Of a stretch of DNA of 64,000 nucleotides, positions 8,997 to 17,450 are shown in pieces. The notes below the pieces were generated by a model, which was not told the DNA's origin, did not search any database, and saw only the letters and a list, made by a program, of their open reading frames with translations. The number at the start of each line of letters is the position of its first letter. The first letter of the stretch is position 1. Made by a program: the position numbers and the translations under genes. The DNA comes from an uncultured virus (IMG/VR IMGVR_UViG_3300021185_002094) (taxonomy: Duplodnaviria > Heunggongvirae > Uroviricota > Caudoviricetes), in the IMG/VR virus record IMGVR_UViG_3300021185_002094; one strand, written 5' to 3'.

Positions 8997-9894
8997 TTAA
9001 TGCCTCCTGTTTTAATCTGACTAGTTTTAGACCTTTATCGTCAATACCTTTAGGTATATTTAGGTCCGATTTAAGAGTAGGTTTTTCTTTCTGGAAAATA
9101 GAATAGTCAATGTGGTGATGCCACCTACCCCATTTCCAAGTAACCTTAACACAATCTGGATGTTGCTTCCTTAATGATTCTGCAAACTCTCGTCTGTTAT
9201 CATATTCTTCATTTCCTTTACGATTGTTCTGATCTCCCGTTTGGTCGATATTATATAACTCTTCTGTGTTACCACCTTTCATTGTCATTGTAGTAATCTT
9301 ACCACAAGCAAAGTTGTTAAATAAGAAAGTATGGTATCCTGCCTTCATAATCCTTAGAGACAAGTCTGTATCTTCATTGAATCTACCTCTCCAGGCAAAC
9401 TCTGGATAAATATCATTAGCCAATAAGATACAAGAATATACTCTAGTGTTATGATAGTAAGGTGGGCGCTTTGTAGTTGCTGGTAAGAAGTAACTGTAGT
9501 TTAAACCTGACATTTTAACATCTGTATATCTATCAGTAAATTCTTCACTAGCACTAAAGCACGTTCCGTCGGTGATCTTTATTTTAGCATTCTTATGTAA
9601 TCTATACATATGCTGTATATTATCATCAAGAATCCAATGTCTTTTTGCACCAGTTGAACATGCATGTTCCCATACAAAGTTACGCACAGGAATTGATCCT
9701 TGCCCTAGATTAGTAAATGGAGTAACCAGAATATTAGCTGGGTCAATGACTGCAGCGTAATCATTATATTCTTGTGGTTCAACTACTATAGTATAAGGAG
9801 TGCCATTTGCCTCTAGGGTCTTAACAGTCAGTCTAGTGTCTGCTCTACCTTTAGAGATAATATAAATTGGATATTTTGGTTGATTTCCTGCCAT
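8986..9894 (-). CDS. TAGT/GREB1-like GT-A glycosyltransferase (copy 1)
   Basis: YPIYIISKGRAD, IVVEPQEYNDY, RNFVWEH, HWILDDNI, YSCIL, WRGRFNEDTDLSLR, MKGGNT, RWHHHIDY. Confidence 0.85.
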   Translation of the reverse strand: MAGNQPKYPIYIISKGRADTRLTVKTLEANGTPYTIVVEPQEYNDYAAVIDPANILVTPFTNLGQGSIPVRNFVWEHACSTGAKRHWILDDNIQHMYRLHKNAKIKITDGTCFSASEEFTDRYTDVKMSGLNYSYFLPATTKRPPYYHNTRVYSCILLANDIYPEFAWRGRFNEDTDLSLRIMKAGYHTFLFNNFACGKITTMTMKGGNTEELYNIDQTGDQNNRKGNEEYDNRREFAESLRKQHPDCVKVTWKWGRWHHHIDYSIFQKEKPTLKSDLNIPKGIDDKGLKLVRLKQEALNGS

Positions 9895-10202
9895 TATAAC
9901 TCCTTGATAAATATTCCGTCTACCATCTTGCCCTTGCGATCTTTAATATCATTATAAGCAACTTCTAAGCACTTATCGATAGTTAGGTTATTACGAATGG
10001 CAATATTAATAAGTACCACGATACAGTCGCCAATATCATCGGCAACATCATTTCCTTTACAAACATTATCTGATAACTCTCCCACTTCTTGAATTAATTT
10101 ACATACTTGGTCTTTGTCAGTAGCACCTTCAATAAGATTTCTATCTTGATGCCATTGGCCGATCTTTTGTATCAACTCTCCAGTTCTTACGCTCGTATTC
10201 AT
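9894..10202 (-). CDS. MazG-like all-alpha NTP pyrophosphohydrolase
   Basis: KLIQEVGEL, DDIGD, AYNDIKDRKGKMVDGIFIKE. Confidence 0.85.
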   Translation of the reverse strand: MNTSVRTGELIQKIGQWHQDRNLIEGATDKDQVCKLIQEVGELSDNVCKGNDVADDIGDCIVVLINIAIRNNLTIDKCLEVAYNDIKDRKGKMVDGIFIKEL

Positions 10203-10489
10203 TAGACTATAATATCCTGTTTTTTAGGTGTAATGATTTTCTTTGGGTTTCTAACTGATTCTACTTGTGAGATTAACTCATCAACTGGGTCTGCCACAAA
10301 TAGAATATTACTTTTATTAATTTCTAAGCCTTCTTTCCAGCTCTTGGTGTATGGCATAAATGGCATAAATGCAATCTTACCTTCACCGCCAGGGATTAAT
10401 ACATACCCCTTTTTAATTGTTACTGTATCAGTAGTTTCGGTAATGTCTCCTATGACCTCTTCTCCTGATGATATTCTTACTAGTTTCAT
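10202..10489 (-). CDS. Conserved T4-like hypothetical protein (probable Sm-like fold)
   Basis: KLVRISSGEEVIG...FMPFMPY...IITP pattern, next to gp43. Confidence 0.7.
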   Translation of the reverse strand: MKLVRISSGEEVIGDITETTDTVTIKKGYVLIPGGEGKIAFMPFMPYTKSWKEGLEINKSNILFVADPVDELISQVESVRNPKKIITPKKQDIIV

Positions 10490-10514
10490 AATATTTCCTT
10501 AATTTATATTGTAT

Positions 10515-10543
10515 ATTATACTACACTTTCCCATAAAAGTAAA
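10515..10543 (-). promoter_or_regulatory. Early sigma70-type promoter for the MazG/glycosyltransferase operon
   Basis: TTTACT-N17-TATAAT. Confidence 0.8.
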
Positions 10544-10548
10544 GTGGT

Positions 10549-13056
10549 TTATCCAAAAAAGTCCTCTAAATTTGAAGTTTCTTCGGTAGTCCATCCAATG
10601 GCCTTGAATATGGGTTCAATAGGGTCAAGGAATGTTTTTTGAAATTGTATTTCATAATCTATATAGTGATCCAATTCGAACTCTTTTGGGAGGTACTGCA
10701 TAAATCCGATTACGTTTTCTTTAATGGGGTTAGGCGTTTTGAGATATATAAATTTAATCTTCTCGCCATTCTTGATTGGCTGATATTTCTTTGTAAGGGT
10801 TTTATTCTTTAACAATCTGTTATGAAGTAGAGCAGCACGAACATGCATTGGAGTACCTTTCTTGTAGATGGTTTGCATGTTTGAATATTCTGTGACATTA
10901 CTTACCCCACGTGGGAATGCAATATCATGTGCTGGTAATGTTTGGAAGTATTCTTTGAATTGTAAGATTGCCTTTTGGTTATCACTTTCGGAACCTTTCA
11001 TAATAACTTTGAAAAGTTCTTTAAGAGCATCACGGCATGGTGCAGGTGTTGAGGACTTAATGGCCTCGATGCCCATAATTTTAAGTTTAGGTTCTTTATA
11101 TCTAACACCCTCGTTATCATGCACGTTTAGGATATATCTTTTCTTGGCTGTCCATATAGCACGATCTGCAATGGCCTCTCTCTTCATAACCATACGATCA
11201 TCAATCCCGCCCATTTGGCAGAACAGTTCTTGATATGCCTGACTAAGGACTGGTTCTAGTTTTTCACTAGCAACTTTATCAAGGAAATCAACTGGATTGG
11301 ATGGGTTGACTTGTTCTACCAAAGGGCCAAGATTAACATAGAGCGAATCTGTATCGATGGCAATAATATAATCTGTATCTGTATTCATTACTTTATTTAG
11401 GTATCTATTAAGAGCGACTTCTGCCCATCTAATAGTTAATTGACCAGAGAGTGTAATGGCCTCTGCAATACGTTGATCAAAGAAACGGAAGTACTTGTTA
11501 CCCATAGCACCATAAAGTGAGTTAAGAAGAATTTTAATTGCCATCTGTTGATTTTCTGCCACTGATATTCTACGTTCAATATCATAGAGTTTTTGTTTAT
11601 CACCAGGGACTACATTCTGCAATTCTTTCTGTGCATCGATCATCTGTTTCTTGATTACAACACGTTCACTATATAAATCATCTACTAAGGTAGGCATCAT
11701 GCCCCTCTTACTAGTACTAAAGCATTGGCCGTTACCGCCAACCGCACTACCATTTCTATCAAAGGTATAGCCATCTAGTATCTTATCAATATTAATTGGT
11801 ATCACTTTACCATTTTCTATTGTTTCAGGCGACATATTGTACTGCATGATGATGGATGGATATAGTGAGTTAAGGTCGAATGATACCACGTGTTCATGTA
11901 AACCAACTACTGGATCTTTTACATATCCGCCAGGGTAATTAGTCTTGATCTTACTTTCTGAGAATGGCATGGCAATCTTTCGGTCATTAAGATATCTGTA
12001 AATAATAGTATCCCAGATTGCAGTAACTCCGAATGTATCGGAATAGTTAACGCCACCTTTATAAGCCATAGTCAACATAAGTGTAATAAGGCCCATCTTA
12101 TCTTCCAGTCGGTCAACCAACTCAACGTCTTTGATATTATAATCAATGAATTTTTGGTGGTCATTTTTATATAGGCTGTGAAGTGAACCATACTCTTCAT
12201 AGGATAGTTTCTTCTCGCCTAGAATAACATGAGCGATATGATTAAGAGCATAGGACTCTTGGGCTGTGTAAGTATACTTCTGAAATAGTTCCATGTAATC
12301 TGCATGGCCAACACCCTTGATATCAAAGACAGTTTGTTCTCTATTCATTTTACGGGCCGTTCTTCGGTCAACCATACCCCATGGGGATAATCTTTTAGGA
12401 GCATCATCGCCGAGTAATCTAATTGTTCTATTGACAATATATGGAATATCAAAGTACATAGTATTCCAGCCAGTAATAATATCTGGGCAGTTACTAGGTA
12501 AAGACCAATGATTGATAAATTTATTGATAAGGTCTACTTCTGATATACAGTGTTCATATATTACACGATGTGTTTTCATAATAGACTGATCTGTATTGTA
12601 TTCTCCAAGACCCCACACATAATAGGTATTATCAATATTGTTCTTCATGGCGATTGATATAATTGGATGTTCTGCTTGATCTGGTTCTGGGAATCCATCA
12701 TCAGATGCAACCTCGATATCAATTGAGGTTACGTTAATAATATTACGATTGAATTCAATATTGCCAGGGAACTGGTCATTGATAAACTGAGATATGTATC
12801 TGTCATTGCCATAGATTTCTCTACCAGCAGTATGTTTGTTTACATCCATCCAATCTTTGGCCTCTCTCATAGAGTCAAACTTGATAGGTGCACATGGATT
12901 ACCATCTAGGGAAGTCCAATCTCCCTGCGGGGTATTTACGAATAGTGTTGGTTTGTATTTGATACGTTTCTGGACTTTTTTGCCATTTTCGTAGCCACGA
13001 TAAAGTAGCATATTTCCGTATCTTGTAACATTAGTGTAGAAATTCATATAGTCCAA
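10549..13056 (-). CDS. 43: Family B DNA polymerase gp43
   Basis: DIEV exonuclease motif, FDLNSLYPS, KILLNSLYG, IDTDS, KKRY. No intein. Confidence 0.98.
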   Translation of the reverse strand: MDYMNFYTNVTRYGNMLLYRGYENGKKVQKRIKYKPTLFVNTPQGDWTSLDGNPCAPIKFDSMREAKDWMDVNKHTAGREIYGNDRYISQFINDQFPGNIEFNRNIINVTSIDIEVASDDGFPEPDQAEHPIISIAMKNNIDNTYYVWGLGEYNTDQSIMKTHRVIYEHCISEVDLINKFINHWSLPSNCPDIITGWNTMYFDIPYIVNRTIRLLGDDAPKRLSPWGMVDRRTARKMNREQTVFDIKGVGHADYMELFQKYTYTAQESYALNHIAHVILGEKKLSYEEYGSLHSLYKNDHQKFIDYNIKDVELVDRLEDKMGLITLMLTMAYKGGVNYSDTFGVTAIWDTIIYRYLNDRKIAMPFSESKIKTNYPGGYVKDPVVGLHEHVVSFDLNSLYPSIIMQYNMSPETIENGKVIPINIDKILDGYTFDRNGSAVGGNGQCFSTSKRGMMPTLVDDLYSERVVIKKQMIDAQKELQNVVPGDKQKLYDIERRISVAENQQMAIKILLNSLYGAMGNKYFRFFDQRIAEAITLSGQLTIRWAEVALNRYLNKVMNTDTDYIIAIDTDSLYVNLGPLVEQVNPSNPVDFLDKVASEKLEPVLSQAYQELFCQMGGIDDRMVMKREAIADRAIWTAKKRYILNVHDNEGVRYKEPKLKIMGIEAIKSSTPAPCRDALKELFKVIMKGSESDNQKAILQFKEYFQTLPAHDIAFPRGVSNVTEYSNMQTIYKKGTPMHVRAALLHNRLLKNKTLTKKYQPIKNGEKIKFIYLKTPNPIKENVIGFMQYLPKEFELDHYIDYEIQFQKTFLDPIEPIFKAIGWTTEETSNLEDFFG

Positions 13057-13074
13057 TCCATAATTAATAAGTAT

Positions 13075-13103
13075 ATTATACTACAATTCAAATCAAATGT
13101 AAA
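13075..13103 (-). promoter_or_regulatory. Early sigma70-type promoter for gp43
   Basis: TTTACA-N17-TATAAT. Confidence 0.85.
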
Positions 13104-13114
13104 GAGGTTTTTTT

Positions 13115-13147
13115 AAAAAGTTGGTGGTACCCAGAAGGATACCACCT
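13115..13147 (-). terminator. Intrinsic terminator of the hsp20 unit
   Basis: GGTGGTATCC-TTCT-GGGTACCACC followed by AACTTTTT. Confidence 0.8.
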
Positions 13148-13160
13148 TATATCATGACCA

Positions 13161-13301
13161 TTAAAGATTAGTAGAAGCTAACCAAATGATGGATGGTGCA
13201 ATTAAAATTGTTCCTATCATCACAAGGAGTAGTTCAGCTACTTCTTTAAGGGCCGCAGATAGATCATCATGTTGTTTCACGATGTTGAGTAAAGTCCTCA
13301 T
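13161..13301 (-). CDS. Small membrane protein (46 aa)
   Basis: ATG 13301 with GGAGA SD (track start 13355 lacks one); C-terminal hydrophobic helix. Confidence 0.6.
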   Translation of the reverse strand: MRTLLNIVKQHDDLSAALKEVAELLLVMIGTILIAPSIIWLASTNL

Positions 13302-13361
13302 TTTATATCTCCAGTAGAAATTGTTGCAAATATCCACTGAGTTTTCGCTGCTCACCGGAAT

Positions 13362-13814
13362 CTATTCTTGAATAAATTCCTTCTTCTTTGATGCCCCAGC
13401 AGACCCTATATTGATCTTCCTAGGACGCTTCTCTTCTGGAACTTCTACTCTGGCATGTACCACAAGTATTCCGTTCACTAGATCAGCACCGTCTATTACG
13501 ACAAACTCGGAAAGACGGAAGTTCTTTTCGAATTTACGGGACGATATACCTTTATGTGCATATTCACGATCATCTTTAGCAGTTTCACCCTTAACAGATA
13601 AAATACCATCCTTTACCTCAACAGAAATTTCCTCTTCCGAGAATCCTGCAACAGCTAATTCAATGATAAAGTTTTCATCATCTACCTTAACAACGTTGTG
13701 AGGTGGGTAGTTATCCTGAGTTCTTCCAGCAGTGTGGATTCTTTCAAGTTCGTTAAGTATCGGTTCAAATCCGATAAAGAGTGAACGTGGCACGTTCATT
13801 GTATTTCTTACCAT
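13362..13814 (-). CDS. hsp20: Small heat shock protein (Hsp20/IbpA family)
   Basis: NYPPHNV, IELAVAGF, HKGISSRKF, A.LVNGIL, PEEKRPRKI. Confidence 0.96.
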   Translation of the reverse strand: MVRNTMNVPRSLFIGFEPILNELERIHTAGRTQDNYPPHNVVKVDDENFIIELAVAGFSEEEISVEVKDGILSVKGETAKDDREYAHKGISSRKFEKNFRLSEFVVIDGADLVNGILVVHARVEVPEEKRPRKINIGSAGASKKKEFIQE

Positions 13815-13885
13815 TTTAGTTTCCTCCTATATATAGCAAGGTTATTAATGTGGACCCGATTATTCGGCATCCACATATATTTATA
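13815..13885 (-). promoter_or_regulatory. Late promoter and ROSE-like structured leader of hsp20
   Basis: TATAAATA 13878-13885; hairpin 13850-13874; CCTTGCT pairs with the AGGAGG SD (13823-13841). Confidence 0.7.
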
Positions 13886-13910
13886 CAACTTTCGTTGTTA
13901 GTTTAAAAAA

Positions 13911-14000
13911 TTAGAAACATTTTTTTACGATTTTATTAATTCTGCCGCATTTCATAAATTTATGAAACTGTTTCCATTTATTCTTTATTAGTTTTTTCAT
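13911..14000 (-). CDS. Putative 29-aa cationic peptide
   Basis: Manual translation MKKLIKNKWKQFHKFMKCGRINKIVKKCF; overlaps the regA end and fills the regA-hsp20 gap. Confidence 0.45.
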   Translation of the reverse strand: MKKLIKNKWKQFHKFMKCGRINKIVKKCF

Positions 14001-14421
14001 TATTGCTATTTCCTATGTTATATTTAGGACATAGCTGCCATTCAGCTTTTTCTTTGTAGGGAATAACTTTTATTTGTCTCAATGGTGCTACATCCTTACT
14101 CTTTTCTGTATTGAGTATACTAATTAGACCCCAATCAGCAAGTAGAGTTGCGATTGTATTTCTGCGATGTAGATCATTCTCGATTAAGTTTGATGGTTTA
14201 CCATCTAGCAAAAATAGTTCTTTAAAGTGAACTATAAAGTATCTGCCTTGTTTGTGTAAGATATGACATGACTGATATAGCTTCTGATCTTTTCGAGATG
14301 CTACACCTATTCTGGTTAATGTTTCCCTTATCTTTAAGAAATCATCTGGTTCATTTAAGGATACTTCAAGCATATCTGCTGGTATCCAGTTTTTAATTTC
14401 AATATTATTTTCGTTTTCCAC
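13978..14421 (-). CDS. regA: Translational repressor RegA
   Basis: PDDFLKIRETLTRIGVAS, LYQSCHILHKQGRYFIVHFKELF. Confidence 0.97.
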   Translation of the reverse strand: MENENNIEIKNWIPADMLEVSLNEPDDFLKIRETLTRIGVASRKDQKLYQSCHILHKQGRYFIVHFKELFLLDGKPSNLIENDLHRRNTIATLLADWGLISILNTEKSKDVAPLRQIKVIPYKEKAEWQLCPKYNIGNSNNEKTNKE

Positions 14422-14785
14422 CTTTATACATCCTTTTTTTCAATGTTTCCAACTGTTCATTATTAAGTAAGGATAGTACGGACTTAGCCTTTTCATTACT
14501 ATATCCATAATATTCTTTGATAATTTCCAAATTAGAAACGGATTCTGGTTTGGCCCATTTGGACCACCTTTTCTGCTTCTTAATTATATTTATAAAAAAA
14601 TCATATTGAAGCCGTGCATCCAGATGGTGATGTACGTTCATTTCGTTGGCATATAAGATAGTATCGCGGAAGTTACCTAGACCACGATTGACTATAAAGG
14701 CGTTATATTCTTTCTCAGCGATATCATCTACCATTATACCTTTCTTATTATTAGTGATATCGTTTATATAATCGAAGGGGTTCAT
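14405..14785 (-). CDS. 62: Clamp loader small subunit gp62
   Basis: YANEMN, QYDFFIN, KRWSKWAK, YYGYSNEKAK. Start at ATG 14785 (ATGA overlap with gp44). Confidence 0.93.
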   Translation of the reverse strand: MNPFDYINDITNNKKGIMVDDIAEKEYNAFIVNRGLGNFRDTILYANEMNVHHHLDARLQYDFFINIIKKQKRWSKWAKPESVSNLEIIKEYYGYSNEKAKSVLSLLNNEQLETLKKRMYKGGKRK

Positions 14786-15720
14786 TTGAATTGAACTCCA
14801 GCCATGATCTCTGTGCAACAGGCGACCATGTTGATTTCGTGATCTGCAACGAAACTATTTTTATATTGATAGTCTGCGAGAATAAGTACAAGCTGTGGGA
14901 TACTTTGAGGTTCCACATACTCATACATATTATCATATAGCTTTCTAAAGAGAGCTGCAGGTTCTTGGTCAATATTATCTGTAACCCATTGTCGCATCTT
15001 CTTAAAGTCTTTACCTTTTAAGGCCGACATAAGATTATTGATAGATACTTCACCCAAAGAAGTAAGTATGCCAGAGTCAATGTGGTTAGATACAGAATAC
15101 CTTTGTAACTCATTAAGAACTCTACGCCAATCTGGTAAGTATTTCATAATGAGTTCGGCAACTACAGCCTCTTCATATTCAACACCTTCTTGGGTTAGAA
15201 TTTTACAGCACCTTTCTAGGAACTGCATACATAGTTTAGGAGTATCTTTCTTTGCAATGTTGAATTCTATTACAGAACAACGAGAATGCAGTGGATCAAT
15301 AATCCTGTTCTTAAAGTTACAGGTCATAATAAACCTGCAGTTGTTACTGAACTCTTCAATGAATCCACGTAACGCAGGTTGGGTGGATTGGGGATTTAGA
15401 TAATCTGCTTCATCTAAAATGACCACCTTGTATCCACCCTGTAATGATACTGTAGAAGCAAAGTGTTTAATCTTTGTTCTAAGTGTATCAATGTTGCCTT
15501 CTTCCGATCCGTTAATGATCAGATAGTCTAGCCCCAGGGTCTTACATAGAGCCTTGGCAACAGTTGTCTTACCGATACCTGCAGTACCAGTAAGAAGTAA
15601 ATTAGGAATCTCACCAGTATCAACGATTGTTTGAAAAGTTTTCTTAATCTGTGATGGTAAGATTGTGTCTTGTATAGTTTGGGGTCTATACTTTTCTACC
15701 CATAAGAACTCATTGTTCAT
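14782..15720 (-). CDS. 44: Clamp loader large subunit gp44
   Basis: LWVEKYRP, GTAGIGKTT, ILDEADYL, LHSRC. Confidence 0.97.
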   Translation of the reverse strand: MNNEFLWVEKYRPQTIQDTILPSQIKKTFQTIVDTGEIPNLLLTGTAGIGKTTVAKALCKTLGLDYLIINGSEEGNIDTLRTKIKHFASTVSLQGGYKVVILDEADYLNPQSTQPALRGFIEEFSNNCRFIMTCNFKNRIIDPLHSRCSVIEFNIAKKDTPKLCMQFLERCCKILTQEGVEYEEAVVAELIMKYLPDWRRVLNELQRYSVSNHIDSGILTSLGEVSINNLMSALKGKDFKKMRQWVTDNIDQEPAALFRKLYDNMYEYVEPQSIPQLVLILADYQYKNSFVADHEINMVACCTEIMAGVQFK

Positions 15721-15977
15721 TTAACTACCTCCCAGCCAGTTACAGTATTTACTCTAAAAGAACGCCATGCGCCTTTATCTAAACACCACACTGCAATATG
15801 ATCTGAATTAGGAGATACACTTTCTAGTATAGTTCCAATTCCATTCTCTCGCAAGATATCTGGGTTAAGTGAAGATTCCATTACACGAATTTCATTTGTA
15901 ATGATTTTCTTAAAGGTTATATTTACTATCCCGTTTTGTAAGGCAGAGATAAGAGCCTTGACTTCATTTGTATTCAT
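15717..15977 (-). CDS. SH3/WYL_2-like small protein
   Basis: ITFKK...EIR...VWCLDKGAWRSFR pattern. Confidence 0.6.
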   Translation of the reverse strand: MNTNEVKALISALQNGIVNITFKKIITNEIRVMESSLNPDILRENGIGTILESVSPNSDHIAVWCLDKGAWRSFRVNTVTGWEVVK

Positions 15978-16000
15978 AATATAAATCCGTTAATTATAAT

Positions 16001-16027
16001 AAAAAAATATGGGGGAGCCACCCCCAA
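16001..16027 (-). terminator. Intrinsic terminator after the 89-aa gene
   Basis: TGGGGG-TGGCT-CCCCCA then TATTTTTTT. Confidence 0.8.
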
Positions 16028-16044
16028 TCTCATGGCTAGTTAGG

Positions 16045-16314
16045 TTACGCCTCTTCGGCTTCTACCTCTTCAACAGATGGTTCTTCCACAGGAACTTGTC
16101 CTTCAGGAACATCGCCATCTTTAGGTGCCGCAGCATTTAGAAATGCCACAGTTCTGTTTCTAAGGCCACCTACTGCCTCTAGCTCTTGCCCTTCAAAACC
16201 ACCGCGTCTTGATACTAGATCAATGATCTGCACCATAGTAGCAATATCTTGTAGGGATAGATTTGGAGCCTCTTGCCCCTCTGCACCTTGTGGTGCTTTT
16301 ACTTCTTCAGTCAT
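16045..16314 (-). CDS. Hypothetical acidic protein (89 aa)
   Basis: AGGAGA SD; core LSLQDI...IIDLVSRRGGF.G.EL..VG.LR; has its own promoter and terminator. Confidence 0.8.
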   Translation of the reverse strand: MTEEVKAPQGAEGQEAPNLSLQDIATMVQIIDLVSRRGGFEGQELEAVGGLRNRTVAFLNAAAPKDGDVPEGQVPVEEPSVEEVEAEEA

Positions 16315-16426
16315 TTTTTTCTCCTTTGCAAAGTAGACTAATTATGAGAGACCCGAACCATTCGGCATCTTCTCGTATTATCCTCATAATGTTATGAGAA
16401 TTCTTTTTAATGTATTTATATTTATA
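16315..16426 (-). promoter_or_regulatory. Tandem late promoters and structured leader of the 89-aa gene
   Basis: TATAAATA at 16413-16420 and 16419-16426; hairpin 16346-16374 shares its core with the hsp20 leader. Confidence 0.65.
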
Positions 16427-17099
16427 CACCATAAGTACTTGATTTCTCTAAAGCGATAAAATAATTTACAGGTAAATTAGTGTTACACCATTTAGAAATT
16501 AACTTAGATGAAATAAATACATTGTAATCGCCATCAACTAGCTTTAAGTTAGCAATGTTCATGACAAAGTTAAACTTAGAACCTGAGGTATTAGCACCTA
16601 GGTCTAAAGTATAAGTATTTGCGCTTGTATCTTTAGCATCAAATATTTCAACGGTTACATTGTCTTCGCCTTTTATAGCAAGATCAATATGACCAAGGAC
16701 GTTTGCCGCCTTCTTAATCTTACCGATAGTATCAGCTGTAAAGTGAATCTCTACATCAGTAGAAGGCATTGTAATATCTTTCTCTGGCGTCGTTAGAATA
16801 CTTGGTGCTGCAAAGAAATATTTTACCTTATTGGTATCATCTTTGAATAACACGGCGTTATCTTCGAACTGCAAGGTAGGGTTTTCAATAAGACCATGAA
16901 TCGATAAAAATTCATTAAGGTCATAGATTCCCATATCAGCAGGAAAGTCCTCGGTGATATTTGCGACAGCCAGAATGTTCTTGGCCTCGGAAATAGTTTT
17001 TAGTTGTTTACCAGGTTTTAACACCATGTTTGCATTGATCGTAGCAAAATTGGCGAGTAATGCCTGGGTTTCATTCGATAGTTGCATTTGCATCTCCAT
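16422..17099 (-). CDS. 45: Sliding clamp gp45
   Basis: NFATIN, GIYDLNEFL, C-terminal YFIALE; upstream of gp44/62. Confidence 0.95.
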   Translation of the reverse strand: MEMQMQLSNETQALLANFATINANMVLKPGKQLKTISEAKNILAVANITEDFPADMGIYDLNEFLSIHGLIENPTLQFEDNAVLFKDDTNKVKYFFAAPSILTTPEKDITMPSTDVEIHFTADTIGKIKKAANVLGHIDLAIKGEDNVTVEIFDAKDTSANTYTLDLGANTSGSKFNFVMNIANLKLVDGDYNVFISSKLISKWCNTNLPVNYFIALEKSSTYGV

Positions 17100-17114
17100 T
17101 TATTTAATAGTTAT

Positions 17115-17143
17115 ATTATACTACAAGTTCGGACATTTGTAAA
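17115..17143 (-). promoter_or_regulatory. Early sigma70-type promoter for gp45
   Basis: TTTACA-N17-TATAAT. Confidence 0.85.
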
Positions 17144-17156
17144 GTCTTTTTTGCAG

Positions 17157-17450
17157 TTACTCTTCATTAATACGATCATGCTCATATAGAGCAAGTAATC
17201 CATAATGTAAAACCTTCATAAGGTCTTTGCGATACTCACTAGGAGAATCACCTTTCTTCCCATAACGCGCATTGTATTTATCCACATTACCTAAGAAAAA
17301 TCCTAGGCCGTGTCCTCTATCAATGATTACTTCACTTGATTGAAGTCCTCCTTGACCATAATGAGCATTATAAGTTGAATCTATGTAATCCTGGAGCTCT
17401 TGTATCAGAGCTCCTTCGTTAAATTTGTAGTCTGGGTTAGGCTGTTTCAT
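17157..17450 (-). CDS. DUF3310-like conserved protein
   Basis: YIDSTY..HY, GFFLGNVDKY..RYGKK, DLMKVLHY. Start at ATG 17450 (GAGG SD). Confidence 0.7.
   Translation of the reverse strand: MKQPNPDYKFNEGALIQELQDYIDSTYNAHYGQGGLQSSEVIIDRGHGLGFFLGNVDKYNARYGKKGDSPSEYRKDLMKVLHYGLLALYEHDRINEE

Noticed and set aside
13302..13355. Longer 64-aa version of the small membrane ORF
   Set aside because: The internal ATG at 13301 has a clear GGAGA SD; the upstream start does not.
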